Origin: Lingula anatina
Taxonomy: Eukaryota; Animalia; Brachiopoda
Assembly: GCA_051362555.1 (NCBI GenBank)
Contig: CM120647.1
Span: 11,880,651-11,944,650 of the forward strand
DNA: 64,000 bases
Direction of reading: 5' to 3'
Position 1 is the stretch's first letter. Each line of letters opens with the position of its first letter. Below the pieces are notes generated by a model that was not told the origin of the DNA, searched no databases, and saw only the letters and a list, made by a program, of their open reading frames with translations. Shown piece after piece: positions 14,548-26,609 of this stretch. The translations under genes and the position numbers were made by a program.

Positions 14548-17543
14548 CCTTTTTCTCTGCTCATTGAACAATATCAGAGACTACTGAAACTGATATAAAA
14601 CTTTCAACAATTTATCGTAAAGCAAACTAAGCAAAGTGAGAATTTAAAAAAAAACGATGAGGAAAAAAATGTGCTCATGTGGTCAGACTTGGCACGGTGG
14701 AAATCGACAGGAAATTTAACACTTTGTTTGAGCTACTTTCTTAATTGGTTTTTGATTTCAACAACAACATGGTAAACGTGAAAACGTGACAGTACCCCCA
14801 CTGCCCCCCACCCCCACCCCCAAGAGACGAAGGCAAAAATATGGGGAGGTGGGTGGGAGGGCAGCTGCATAGCGTTTCATTGCCAAAATAATGTATTCAT
14901 TGTCGTGACAAAGGGGGAGTAAGGCACTTTTGCTAGTACGTAGACATCTACAGTTGCTTAATTCCAACAGGTGCACTCTAGATAGTACCAGTAGGCGCAC
15001 CTCTGTTTCTCTTTAGAGTTCACTTTAAGCAAACTCCTGGTTCCCTATATCACAGCAGGGCAATGGCCCTGTTTCTGTCTCACCACTAAAGGTACAGCTT
15101 GCCCTTGTACTATCATTTTTCTCTGCAAGGAGGAAAAAACGTCTTTCATGTACTTTTCAGTTCAGCTTGGGTATTAAGAGGGTGGTTATGGATCGATTCT
15201 TATAACATGCCAAAATGAAGTTAACTTTACACCACTGCTGGCTAAGTTTCAGCTGTGTGGTTTGTGAAGTGATTAACAAGGTGAAGGGATCTGTATTCAC
15301 GTTAAGGCTTACTTCCCCCTTTTTCTTGATGTTGTCCCATTTCTTCCTCTGTCTGAAAGACTCGACCCAAACATTTACAGATCAGATGCCATATTACCTT
15401 AATATTGTCCCATTTCATCTTTTAACCAGTTTAGAACATTTACAGATCAAATGTTATAATTAAAATGTTTCAGCAGTTGACCATAAGCACTGCAGTGCGT
15501 CATCTCTAGTAAGTGGTCTTTCATAGGGCATTCAGAATTTGGTCTTGAAAAGTGGCATAAATGCTGTTAAATGTGCACATTCATACGTTACTTGCTGCCC
15601 GTAGCAAGACTGGCAAGTTTTGACCATCCTAGACAAAACCTGGCTGATTTCTACAAGACCACGTGACTAAGCCAACTGTATGTGTGTTAAGTTTGTGTAT
15701 TGCCATAACTGTATTGACTTTTAATAAACTTCCCCTAAGCCACAGATGTTACCTTCTCAAGTGTCAGCTCATTTATGTAGATCATTATTAATTGTACTAT
15801 TATTTGTTTTGAATGTTATTGAAATCAAAAATGGCAATGAAGACCTGTGCATAAAGTATAGACAAGTCGAGCCCACTGTGTTTATTAAGTTTGCTTTAGC
15901 AATGGAAAAGTTCCAATTGTGCTTTTGAATGTGTTCGTAGCATGATCATATGGTATCGGTTTTTAAGTTGTAACCCACTTTACTATGGAGCATCAGAAGA
16001 AAAAAAAATTGACAAAATCTTGTTGTTATTATTAGCATTATTATTATTTGAAGATCAAAACGAGGTCACACGAAGTGGAGATAGAACTGCGTGGTAGTTT
16101 TCCATCACTCGTTTCAATAGTTATAACATCTTTTTGACTCGTAGAATAGTAAATAAGTAGGTCTAGAAAACTCCCTTGAGGGTTGACTTTATTATTATAA
16201 TAATTATTTAGTTAACTCTAGTTGTTACTGCAAGATTGTATTTCTGAATACTATTAAATGTTGTCAACTTTGAATGCAATGAAGTGGATGTGATGTAAAA
16301 CACGAATAATAATGCTTCATTCGTTATATAGTCCGAGTCTTGTGTGGTATCTATCTCTGTACTAGAGTTATCTGTGTAATTTAGCTAAAGGTGCATTTAA
16401 AGTCAATTTTTGCCATCAAAATGCCACCATACAGTTTTGAATAGTATGACTAAGAAATGAACGAGGACTTCGCATATTACTGGAAAAATGAAATTTTTAT
16501 GACCAAACATTTGAAGAAGGTGCAGTTTTAAAGCTCTCTGATGGCTGATTGAGTGATTAAATCAGTTTATCCTTTTTCACGTCGACTTGGAGTGGTATGT
16601 AAAAAAAAAAAAAGTAAAAGTGGTTTATATGCATTAATGGGAAATTGTTTGCTGTATATGCTGAAAGTTGCATATAATTTGTGAAAAAGGTGAAAAGAAG
16701 TTGGAATGGGCTTGTCTCGCTTACCCTTTTTTTCAGCCCCCCCCCCCCCCCCCCCCCCAATCCCCAATCAGCTAAAAAAAAAAAAAATTCTGTAGCAGGA
16801 GCTGTAGCATATGTTGATAATATGCTTCCAAAGGAATGATAATCGATTTATGGTAGGTTCCATGAATTCTTAATGAGGTTTAAATTGGCCGAATTTTGGT
16901 TTGCTGTTGAATTTTACGTAAATGACAAGGTTTGGGCCAGTCACAGACGTGAATTTTGTCAAACACTGATGACAGTTCTTTGATTTTGAAAAACGGACTT
17001 CCGTACATGTGTAACTTTGTGCTACTTAATATATGACATCTCTTTTTCCTCCCCCCCCCCCCCCGAAAAAAAAAAATAATAATAATAATATAAAGAAGTA
17101 AAATAACTTGGGCTTTTAAAATAAGAAAGTAGAAAGGGAGTTCAGATTTTCAACCCATGCAACCTTATTGCTCAAGTAATATTATAGTTATCCCTTTATG
17201 TGACACTGGTATGCTTGGGCTATCAATTTGATATTAAGAAATACCTGCTATTTGTGGGTCACAATGTAGCTAGTGAAAGAATGTGCTCTTGAGATCTTAT
17301 GTTGAAGGAAATAAGCTTGAAGCCCTATTTCAAATAAATAAATAATAAAAACAAAAACTTGAGTCTTACATTTGTTTTCATGTTATAACATCTGTAACTT
17401 CCGAGTATTGTCCTAGATTGAGTGGCAATAACAGACTCACGTCAACTGGAAACTCGCCTATTACATCCCTGATCTATTATATTTTACTGCACATCTCATA
17501 AAAACAATTTTAGTTTTAAAGAGGTAGCAACTGTTTGATTTGA

Positions 17544-17584
<41 letters not shown>

Positions 17585-17796
17585 GGCTAAACTACAATTT
17601 TTCCATACTTACCAGTGGCTGTATAGAAATATCATTTTGTGATTATACAATTATGTATCTGAAAGTTGGATAATGTTTGCCATTGAAAAGATAAAGAGTT
17701 ATTACACCACATTACCCATCAGCCCTGCATCAAAGGGCAGCCAACCTCTGCTTTTGCATGATGCATTGACAGCATTTGTTTTGCTTTAATTCACAG

Positions 17797-20700
17797 GTAT
17801 AGTGGAAAATGCAGAGAAAGCATACAAAGAAGCCCACGAATATGGGAAGGGTAACATGGCACCAACCCATCCAATCCTCCTGGGGTTGGCCCTCAACTTC
17901 TCCGTGTTCTACTACGAAATCAAAAATTTGCCGGATAAGGCCTGTCAGTTAGCCAAAGAGGTAAGCTGCCCCTATGGTCCTATTCTCTGTGATTGCATTC
18001 ACACTGAGTTGAGCCATGGCTTTACAAATACTGGAACTAAATATGACGGACGTACATGAAAGAAAAACTGCCTTATCTTTTAATAGTCTCTCTGCCTCTC
18101 ACACGCCTCCCCATGTGTCGTCCCAATGGAGAATGGAGCGGAGATTTAATGACAGTACCCCCGCAGGAACGACGCATGGGGAGGCATGTGAGAGGCGGAG
18201 AGACTATTAAAAGATTAGGCGGTTTTTCTTTCATGTATGCCGCCATATTTAGTTCCAGGATTTGTAAAGCCATGGCTCAACTTGTTGTGATTCTTTGGAG
18301 ATTGAACCTACTCGGACTCCGTGGGGAATCTCGGTGAATGTAATCAGATTAGCAGATTAAGGCCGGTGATAGGGTTAAATACGCTTAAAATCATGTTTTT
18401 GAGTTTTTTGTGTGTTTATATTAATCAAAAAAGTATCTAACGTTGGATGTAATAACTTTTATGAATTTGCATCGCAAAATGTGTCTTTTGATGAGTTTTT
18501 CAACCGGCACGCGCCCCAGTCAGGCTGACAACTAAGCCACGCCTCTGTTACTAAGGGCCGTTGCCATGAGGGGGTCGGAGCACAGTTAATGAGTTATAAG
18601 CCGATTACGTGTGCGGTAATAGGTCATAAGTCTTACATCAGCTTAGCAGCGAAGAAGTCTAGCTAGTATACTATGGGGAAGAGAAAAGTTCGTGTTAAAA
18701 GTCCATTTCCAGAGGAAAGAAAGAAAATTTTGAAAGAGAGTAGGGCCTATGCGTGGCGGTTGGGGAAAACCGGCCCTATTTGTTCAGTCGGATAACTGAT
18801 TTCTGTATACCTAATAAATGGGTGAAAGAGTTCGAATCACCTAAATTAATTGACAAATGAAAGGAAAATCGATAAATAAATTTTAAAAAAATGCTAAAAA
18901 GGATACTTTTAGCCTAGCTCTTAATTTTTGCGATATATATCGGCGAGCGTATCTGCGACACGTTACGAAACCGGAAATGATTGTTGGTCGCCGTTTGCAA
19001 AAGGTAAACTTAATGTTGACAAAATAAAATTTTATTCTCCAAGATATGATATCATGGAGCTTGAGAGACACGCGAAAAATTGTGATGTGAATGGCCAAAC
19101 GAGAGAAATCCAAGCAAGGGTTGACAGCATGATTAAAACAATAAAAATAAAATCACATGTTAGCGGCTTTGCATTTTACGATGTTTGGAGAAAAACAATT
19201 TCAAAATCACGGATCAAGCGGGAAGAAAGAGTTCAAAATGTATCCAAAAATGAAAATCACAAAAAGACACCGAAAATAGTCAAGACTAGCAGGTAAAAAG
19301 CAAATAGGGTCTAAGTGTCATGTGTGTAAAAATAAAATATTTATTCAAAAGCCTTCTCTCAGCCACTTTTACCGCTGAATCTTGTGCAGCTGAGAGTCTC
19401 CCCTTTATCTTAGCTGGCATTTGAGAGAGACCGCTCTGAAGTAATCACTGGATTTTTCCGTTGATCTGACGATTACCAAGTGCCGTGCAAAATAATCCTG
19501 CAGCGTTACCCGTCAAAAAACTCTTATTAACACAAGTGACGGCCACTTGCTCTCGACAGACAGTTTTATCTGATCACTTTGTCGATAACAAAGAAGGAAT
19601 CTCTCAGGTAAAATTACTCGTTTGCCGAGGAAGAGCCATTGAAACTTTTAAATGCAACTTCACACCTCTTAATTGCGGTTAAACGTAATCGCCTTTGTTA
19701 GCGCTTCCTTCTACATATCCTTGACACCCTACTGGGCATCACTAGGCTAGGGCCCTCTCCAGAGCTGTCAATCAAAATGGCGGCACGCTTACATGCCTAA
19801 CGAGTGGTCGGAAAATGTAACAAAAGCACGATTTTCTGCCCCTTCAAAGCACCCAAACAAAATATTTTTAGATGACAATAAGCAATGGTTCCATCTGATC
19901 GTATAACCGATAACAGGTAAATTTGCCAGCTAAGCATTTGACTAATAAGCCCTGTTAACCAACCTGTGAACGTTTTTGGCTGTTTTAACAGCTTTCTATA
20001 TTGACGAGATAAGTGAATCGCTGCCAAGTATATCTCACTATCTGAGCAACCGATCGTTACAAAAGTTGCACCTATTGTTGTTAGGAATGTGGACTACAGC
20101 ATGATATCAGGGGTTTAAGAGGAAATTGTTTGTTTGAAAGTTATCGCCTTTTGAAGTGAATAACCCATTGAAATATGGGCTGATTTAACGTAAAAGATGA
20201 TAAAATCAAAAGTAAATAGTTTAAGACAATTCCCTGGTACCGCGCTGTAGTGTTTTCACCCAGCTTTATGAGGCCTTTTGAATCACTTGAATAGCTGTCT
20301 TGGTTATAGAGAAAATCCCAATACCGAAAACGGCATTTTTCCCCTCAAATTGGCGCCAGAGCGTCATCCGTTGGACACTGTACTTAATCCCCGTCTTTAA
20401 TTGGCCTTTTGGGAAGTTTGTTTTAATTTTTTATAAAAACTTATAAGCCCAGGGCTTTGTTTCTATGACTTTGGTCCTTTTACTATTAGTGGCCTTAACA
20501 GGCCACCATTTGGTGTTGTGTAGAATACAGAAAAGCTGGTGATGATGTGAGTGAATTTGAGACGAGGTTGTGTTAATCTGATTGGATTCAGCGAGAACCC
20601 CTGCGCGGAAGTTGATCTTCTCTAAATGTAGAACGATAGTTGCATTGGGAATGACCCCAAACTCTTATTTCATTCTTACTATGTTTTGAAGTTTTTTTTA

Positions 20701-22403
20701 ACACTTATGCAGAGCAATTTTCTTAACCATGTTGTATATTTTATGTTTGTCTAAATAAACCTCTATCTTGTCTGTGTTCAATGTATGATACAGAATACTC
20801 TTAATCGGCCAGTAAGAATAGAAGATCCAAGTACTAAATGATCCACTGGGTACATATGGCAGACCTCTCTTCAAAAGCAATGCCGCTGATTCCGGATGGT
20901 CACCCTGCCTCCACACGTGCCATTAAATGGATTAAATCTTGGCTCCGTGGTTTAATTGCTAGGACCGTGCAGTGACGGCATGTGTGGAGGCAAGGAGACC
21001 ATCATGGTTGGCCATATTTAGGCCGCATTCACAGCGAGTTGAGCCATGGCTCTACAAAGGCACAACCTAAATATGGCGGATGTACACGAAAGGAAAACTG
21101 CCTAATCTTTTAATAGTCTCTCTGCCACTCACACGCCTCCCCATGCATCGTCCCTGCAGGGGTACAGTCATTAAATCTTGGCTCCATTGAGACGACACAT
21201 GGGGAGGCGTGTAAGAGGCTTTCTTATTTAATAATAAGTATTATTATTATTATTATTATTTATTTTTTTTTTTCTCTCTCCAGGGCTTTGATAATGCCAT
21301 CAAGGAGCTTGATACGCTCCAGGAGGATGCCTACAAGGATAGCACTCTGATTATGCAGCTTTTGAGGGATAATCTCACGGTGAGTCTAACCCTCTGCTTC
21401 TGCAACTGCCTTTCTTGCTTTACCTCTCTCTCTCTCTCCTTCCTTTTCTCTTTCTCCCTCACTCTAACGCTCTCTCCTTTCTCTTTCCCCTTCTTGCCCC
21501 CTCACCTTTCTCTCTCTCTCTCTCTCCCTCACTGACTTAGGCTTCATTCACATGCAATGTCTATTTTCTAAATTCTATTTTCTATTCGCACTATCTTATG
21601 ATCACGGTCCGTGCCCTGAATATCCCGCGGCGTAATTACTGGCAGCGCGAGCCAGTTACTTATAGTAACTTATAGTAACTGGCTCGCGCTGCCAGTAATT
21701 ACGCTGCGGGATATTAAGGGCACAGACCGTGATCATAAGACATACCGCGAATAGAAAATAGAATTTAGAAAATAGACATTGCATGTGAACGAAGCCTTAT
21801 CCTCTGTCTCTCTCTCTCTGTTTCTCTTCCCCCTTCTATCACTTCTTCCCATCCTCTCAATCTCTCCTTCCTTCCTTCTCTCTCCTCCTCCGTCCCTTTC
21901 TCTCCTTTCCTCTCTCTCTCTCTCTCTCTCTCTCTTAGCCTGTCACTGTCTCTTTTGTGTGTTGGCAGAGAAATGCTTGCCATATCTGGAGCTGTTTTTG
22001 TGATAAATTTTTGTCTTTAATTTATGATTCTCAAAAGTTTTCAACCTAGCATGCCCCTCCTGGCATTGAGTATGATTATATTATGAGTACATAAGACCAA
22101 GAGGTGTGTTAGTCCATTAATCTGATTACATTCAACTAGAGTTATTGTGCAGTTGCTAGGCTTATAAAATTCATTGTGAACTGTGCTTTTAAAACAGGTA
22201 GGATCAATTTCTAGGCTTAAGTCTGACTGTAAAGTCATCCCCAGAAGACAATGTTGTTTTAACAGTTATTGCAACAAATATAGTGTGTAGAAAAAAATTT
22301 TATTATTTATTCTACTTTCTGTTTAATTAATTTTTTTTTCTTCAAGCTTTGGACATCCGAGAGTGAGCCGGGGGATGACCAGCAGGAGGTCACAGATGAT
22401 TAA
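17797..22403 (+). CDS. 14-3-3zeta: 14-3-3 alternative 3' cassette (isoform B C-terminal half; 251 aa when joined to shared exons 4053-4358 and 9339-9471)
   Basis: Exons 17797-17960 (164 nt), 21284-21379 (96 nt) and 22347-22403. First two have the same sizes, and all three the same phases, as cassette A. They encode [55 protein letters not shown] / [32 protein letters not shown] / [18 protein letters not shown]. No second copy of the N-terminal exons was found. AATAAA at about 23010 and at 23340-23345. Confidence 0.9.
17994..18292. mobile_element. Palindromic MITE (PIF/Harbinger-like), copy 1
   Basis: Long imperfect inverted repeat: GTTGAGCCATGGCTTTACAAAT...ATTTGTAAAGCCATGGCTCAAC. The ORF track shows mirror ORFs on both strands. 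Confidence 0.85.
18361..20396. mobile_element. Putative non-autonomous TTAA-flanked DNA transposon (Kolobok-like)
   Basis: TTAA at 18357-18360 and 20397-20400; weak TIR (GGCCGGTGAT vs reverse-complement AGACGGGGAT); interior more CpG-rich than the surrounding intron; no recognisable transposase. Confidence 0.4.
21021..21220. mobile_element. Palindromic MITE (PIF/Harbinger-like), copy 2, truncated on the right
   Basis: TTA|GGCCGCATTCAC terminus; closely similar to 17994-18292 (GTTGAGCCATGGCT..., ATCTTTTAATAGTCTCTCTGCC...). A related fragment lies at about 20890-21020. Confidence 0.85.
21540..21796. mobile_element. Near-perfect hairpin MITE with TTA target duplication (PIF/Harbinger-like)
   Basis: TTA|GGCTTCATTCACATGCAATGTCTATTTTCTAAATTCTATTTTCTATTCGC...GCGAATAGAAAATAGAATTTAGAAAATAGACATTGCATGTGAACGAAGCC|TTA, inserted in a CT-rich tract. 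Confidence 0.9.
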
Positions 22404-23938
22404 TTCATCCGATCAGAATGACCAAATCCAACTCAGACATTGGTCATTGGAAAGTGGACTTAATGATTTGTAGTGGATATTGAGTACAGACACATTAAAG
22501 ACAGAGCTGCCCTATAATGAACAGATGTGTATTGATGGGAGCCAACACGGAGGCCTTCCCAATTATGTTGTCAAATTATTATAATGCGATGAAAATTTCT
22601 TTTTTGTACTGATGCTCTGGACTTTGTTAGTTTGGGAACACTTGGATACTCATACCAATTGCCTCTCCCGTCACCATACTGGAGACTTAATGGGAAATTA
22701 TTTCACATCCTTCTCCTTATTAATTTTGCTTCACTTAACTAACTTGTTAGAGCTCGTTTGAGGAGTTGACCACTTACTGTTGTACTGTGGTACACTGCCA
22801 AAATATTGGAATAATTTGTAAGATACTTTACTGGAAACATTTTTTACATGCAGTAACTTGGTGTTTTTATTTATTTATTGTGCAGACTAATTTGTTATCA
22901 CCATACGATCAAATCCCTTCATTGGGAAAGTTAATCTTTACCAACCAATCAGATTGTATGTCACAGTGAGCATCATCCAATTGCAGCCTTGCTTTCTTCT
23001 TGTCATTAGAATAAATATTGTGTGGTGTGATTTGTTGGTTTGAAGCTAAGCTCTCTTCATTTTCTAATGGAAAGATTGTTTTGAAGGATGGCTGCAGTAG
23101 GGAAAGTCATGATGTGGGAAGTAACAGCAGCGCAAGAGAAATAAGCCAAAATGTGGTATAATAATAATCAGGGGATGTCTTGATATTGTCAGCATTACAA
23201 TTCTGAAGCTTGTCGCAGTTACTTATCATGATATTAAAATTGAAACATCCGTACTAGATGCCTTGTAGGACTTGTTTTTGCATCAGGGGACAGCTGTCAG
23301 TTTATTTAAGAAGCTTACTTAGACACAATGCTTTCTTGCAATAAAAAGAAATCAATAATGAGATGTAGTTAGTCCTTCTGCGGTGTAGTATTTCTAACAT
23401 GATATTTTTCTTTATTTTGAATTCACTTGTCATTGTAGCCCATTTTGCTCAGGTTATTTGGGGGCAACCTAAAACAATCCTCGTTATGTAAGGGTGTTAA
23501 AATTGGTGTCTTATATGAAAGACATAAAAAGGATAATGCAGCTTTTTTTCCCCTCTGGGCCTAATCAAAAAAGCGTGTTAATAATTTTGATATCACATTA
23601 TATTATTTCCACTTAAAACCACCATAGTTTGTTGTAGATGCCAGTCGCAATCAAAGTTGCCATAAGTAATTGATGAACAAAACAAATTAAGCAAATCCAT
23701 GAGAAGTTACAAATTTGAATATATCGAAAAAGAATGTTATTTATTATCGGTCAATGGTGGAATACATCCACTTTGAAATTTTAATGAAAGACTTGATTTT
23801 TTGTGTTAGCGTAAGTCACATGCTACTTGTTAGATTAGAATTTAACTCGTCCCGTTATTATGTCATGGCACAGCGTAATATTTTGTTTAGAGATGCAAAA
23901 TGTGGGTATTAGCCAGCGAGTAACTCTGTCGATTTATT

Positions 23939-23977
<39 letters not shown>

Positions 23978-24304
23978 TTTTTTGGTCATATTCCATTGGA
24001 GTCCAGGGCAATTTGATATAAACTGTAGTGCTTTGTAGTGTAGCTAGTCTAAGAGAGAGAAAATAAATAAATGTACTCATATTGTATTTTCTTTCTAGTT
24101 TTTTATAACTTGTGTTATGCAAATTACTTCAATGAGTAACTTATTTTTCAAATGGGGGGGGGGGGGGGGGGGGGGGTATCGGTATGGGTAGTTTAGTGTG
24201 CCAACCAACATGTGGTGCTTACTTTCTCTCTGAAAATGTCTCTTACAGAAAAAAAGGCTATGTGTGATTACCTGGATTTTGTAAGCATGCGAGAAGCCTC
24301 AATT

Positions 24305-24478
24305 GCCCTATTCAGAATAGGGGACTAACTAGTCCGAGGGTCAAATATGGCCGACCCACTTGAATACTTCCCCAAGTGATATCTATTCAGTGTCTATTAG
24401 CAGAGTAGAGTGCAAACTTTGTAGTGGGTCGCCATATTTCACACTCGGACTAGTTAGTCCCCTATTCTGAATGGGGCC
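24305..24478. mobile_element. MITE with TIR ATTCAGAATAGGGGACTAACTAGTCCGAG
   Basis: Inverted termini ATTCAGAATAGGGGACTAACTAGTCCGAG / CTCGGACTAGTTAGTCCCCTATTCTGAAT; second copy at 62313-62450. Confidence 0.85.
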
Positions 24479-24680
24479 ATTTTGTACAAAGTGTGCCTGC
24501 GCGCTCAAGTCACGCTATGATTGATTCACGTCACACTTATACTCTGACCACAGGGTCCGCCAGTAGTCTGTTACAAAATTATATCTCACATACTTATTTA
24601 CAAGCCCCTGATGTCATAGGGTACGCAGGGGCGGATCCAGGATTATTTGAAGGGGGGTCCGTGGATGCGAAGCCGACCCT

Positions 24681-24716
<36 letters not shown>

Positions 24717-26005
24717 CTCCCAAAATTGTGGTATTTTAGAGAGCGAAAGGTGCCATTTGGTACGATTTAGAACTATGATTCAACTAGTCAAAATTCTTAT
24801 TTCAAGAGGGGACCATAGGATTTTCAGAAATAGAAGGTGTGTGTGTGTGTGGGGGGGGGGTCAGGATAGTTTTAGCTACAACACCGGTCACTATTTTTAA
24901 CGCATATCCACTATTCCGATAAATGTTCACGACGACGAGATTTGTAGATGGAGCTTGCATGCTCTGGAAGGGAACCGCAAATTTCGGTAATATGAACAAT
25001 TGGCAAACGTTATTCATCCTCTAACGATTCATGATTTTGATAAGGGTCGGGGGTGGCAAGGAAAAAGTTTTTTATCACCCTTCGGACAGCATCTATTAAA
25101 CGGTAAACGGTGACAATAGTGTAATATGTCAGGCAAAGTAAGTGACAAGTTCGTTAGCTGTACGGGTTTTGTTCATTTATTTCAGGTTTGGTGGGGTGGT
25201 ATCTGCACCAGCAGGGGAAGGCTGATCAAGTGGTAACGGGGGCAAGTTGCATTCAACGCGAAGTTGGAATTTTAAAAGGGAAAAATGCGTGACGGGGAAA
25301 GGGGTTGTATCTCAATTAGTAATAATGCAAAAAAATCCCTTTCCCTATTTTATGGGAAAATCTACAAGGACACGTGCACTTTGTGAAGCCCTTTTCATTT
25401 CCTCTGACCTTAACGTCATATGACCTTAACGTCATTTGACGTCATATGACGCTCAAAACACACCAGCTGTTTTAACAATGCAGAACACCCAAGCATATTT
25501 TCTCATACACATTTTTATATAAAGGTTCAGCAAATTAAGCATCTGACCATACTAGATATTACACCTGGAATCTAATGATAAAGTCTTCACAATTTCATCG
25601 ATTCCGAATAGCCTACATAGCAAACCGTCGGCTTTAGACGCACTGAACATTGTCGTGAAGTTCAATTACAACAAACCTGAAATGCAGAATATCTCCTTAT
25701 CATGAAATCCAAAATTAATAACCACAGTTATACTGTAAATCCCCTCCCCCACTCCCAAAAAGAAGATAATACATGTAGGCCTACATACAAGAAAAGACAA
25801 TTAAATGAAAGGAATTCCAACGCATATCAAAGACCGTTATTTATTTTTTTTAATAGAATGTTTTCAGTCCAAGCGGAAATGGACTGGTTGAAGCCAATTT
25901 TAGGACAATGATGCCAAGCGGGTTTTCCGGCAATTTTTAATGGATCTCGATCATGTTTATTTAGGTTATCTGCATCTTTTATAGGCCTATAACATTAAAA
26001 TGTCA

Positions 26006-26535
26006 TCAACGCCAGATCTGTAGAAATAGTATCAGGCAGAAGAATGGTCTCAGTCCACGGTGGTAAGAGGCCGCCGAGGAAGCTTTTTTAGTCTGTTGCC
26101 CATACAGCGCGTCCACATCGATCTTCAGGTGCCGTTTGCAGGACTCTGGCAACATTATCAGTTCGTACCGATAGATGGCGTCGGCTTGCTCCTCCAAGTA
26201 ACAGTGCCTCATCAAGACGCCCCGCATACACTGTATCGCCTGGTAGGAGACCCTGGAATGTGGTGAATGGTAGGCAATGAGTGTTACGCCTTTATATCGC
26301 TAATTTTAGCTTTAGCACGTTTCCTTTAATCACCAGCTGGTCCCAGTTTTACACACAAAAAATAAATAAACAAACGAATAATTAAATAAATAAATAAACG
26401 AATAAATAAATAAATAAAGATGACTAGGATTTTCATGACAGTACTGTAACACTGTTTTTGATTGGGTAAGATGTCCGCATGTAACCATGACATGTAACGT
26501 TGGGAATTAATTAATTAATACTGTTGACAAAATTA

Positions 26536-26609
<74 letters not shown>

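Noticed and set aside
18016-18337. Mirror ORFs [10 protein letters not shown]... on both strands
   Set aside because: Artefact of the palindromic MITE.
18928-19296. 122-aa Lys/Arg-rich ORF
   Set aside because: No recognisable domain or splice context; lies inside a putative transposon relic.
17797-22403. Cassette B as a 14-3-3 pseudogene fragment
   Set aside because: All three exons have intact frames and splice sites and keep conserved residues despite heavy nucleotide divergence.
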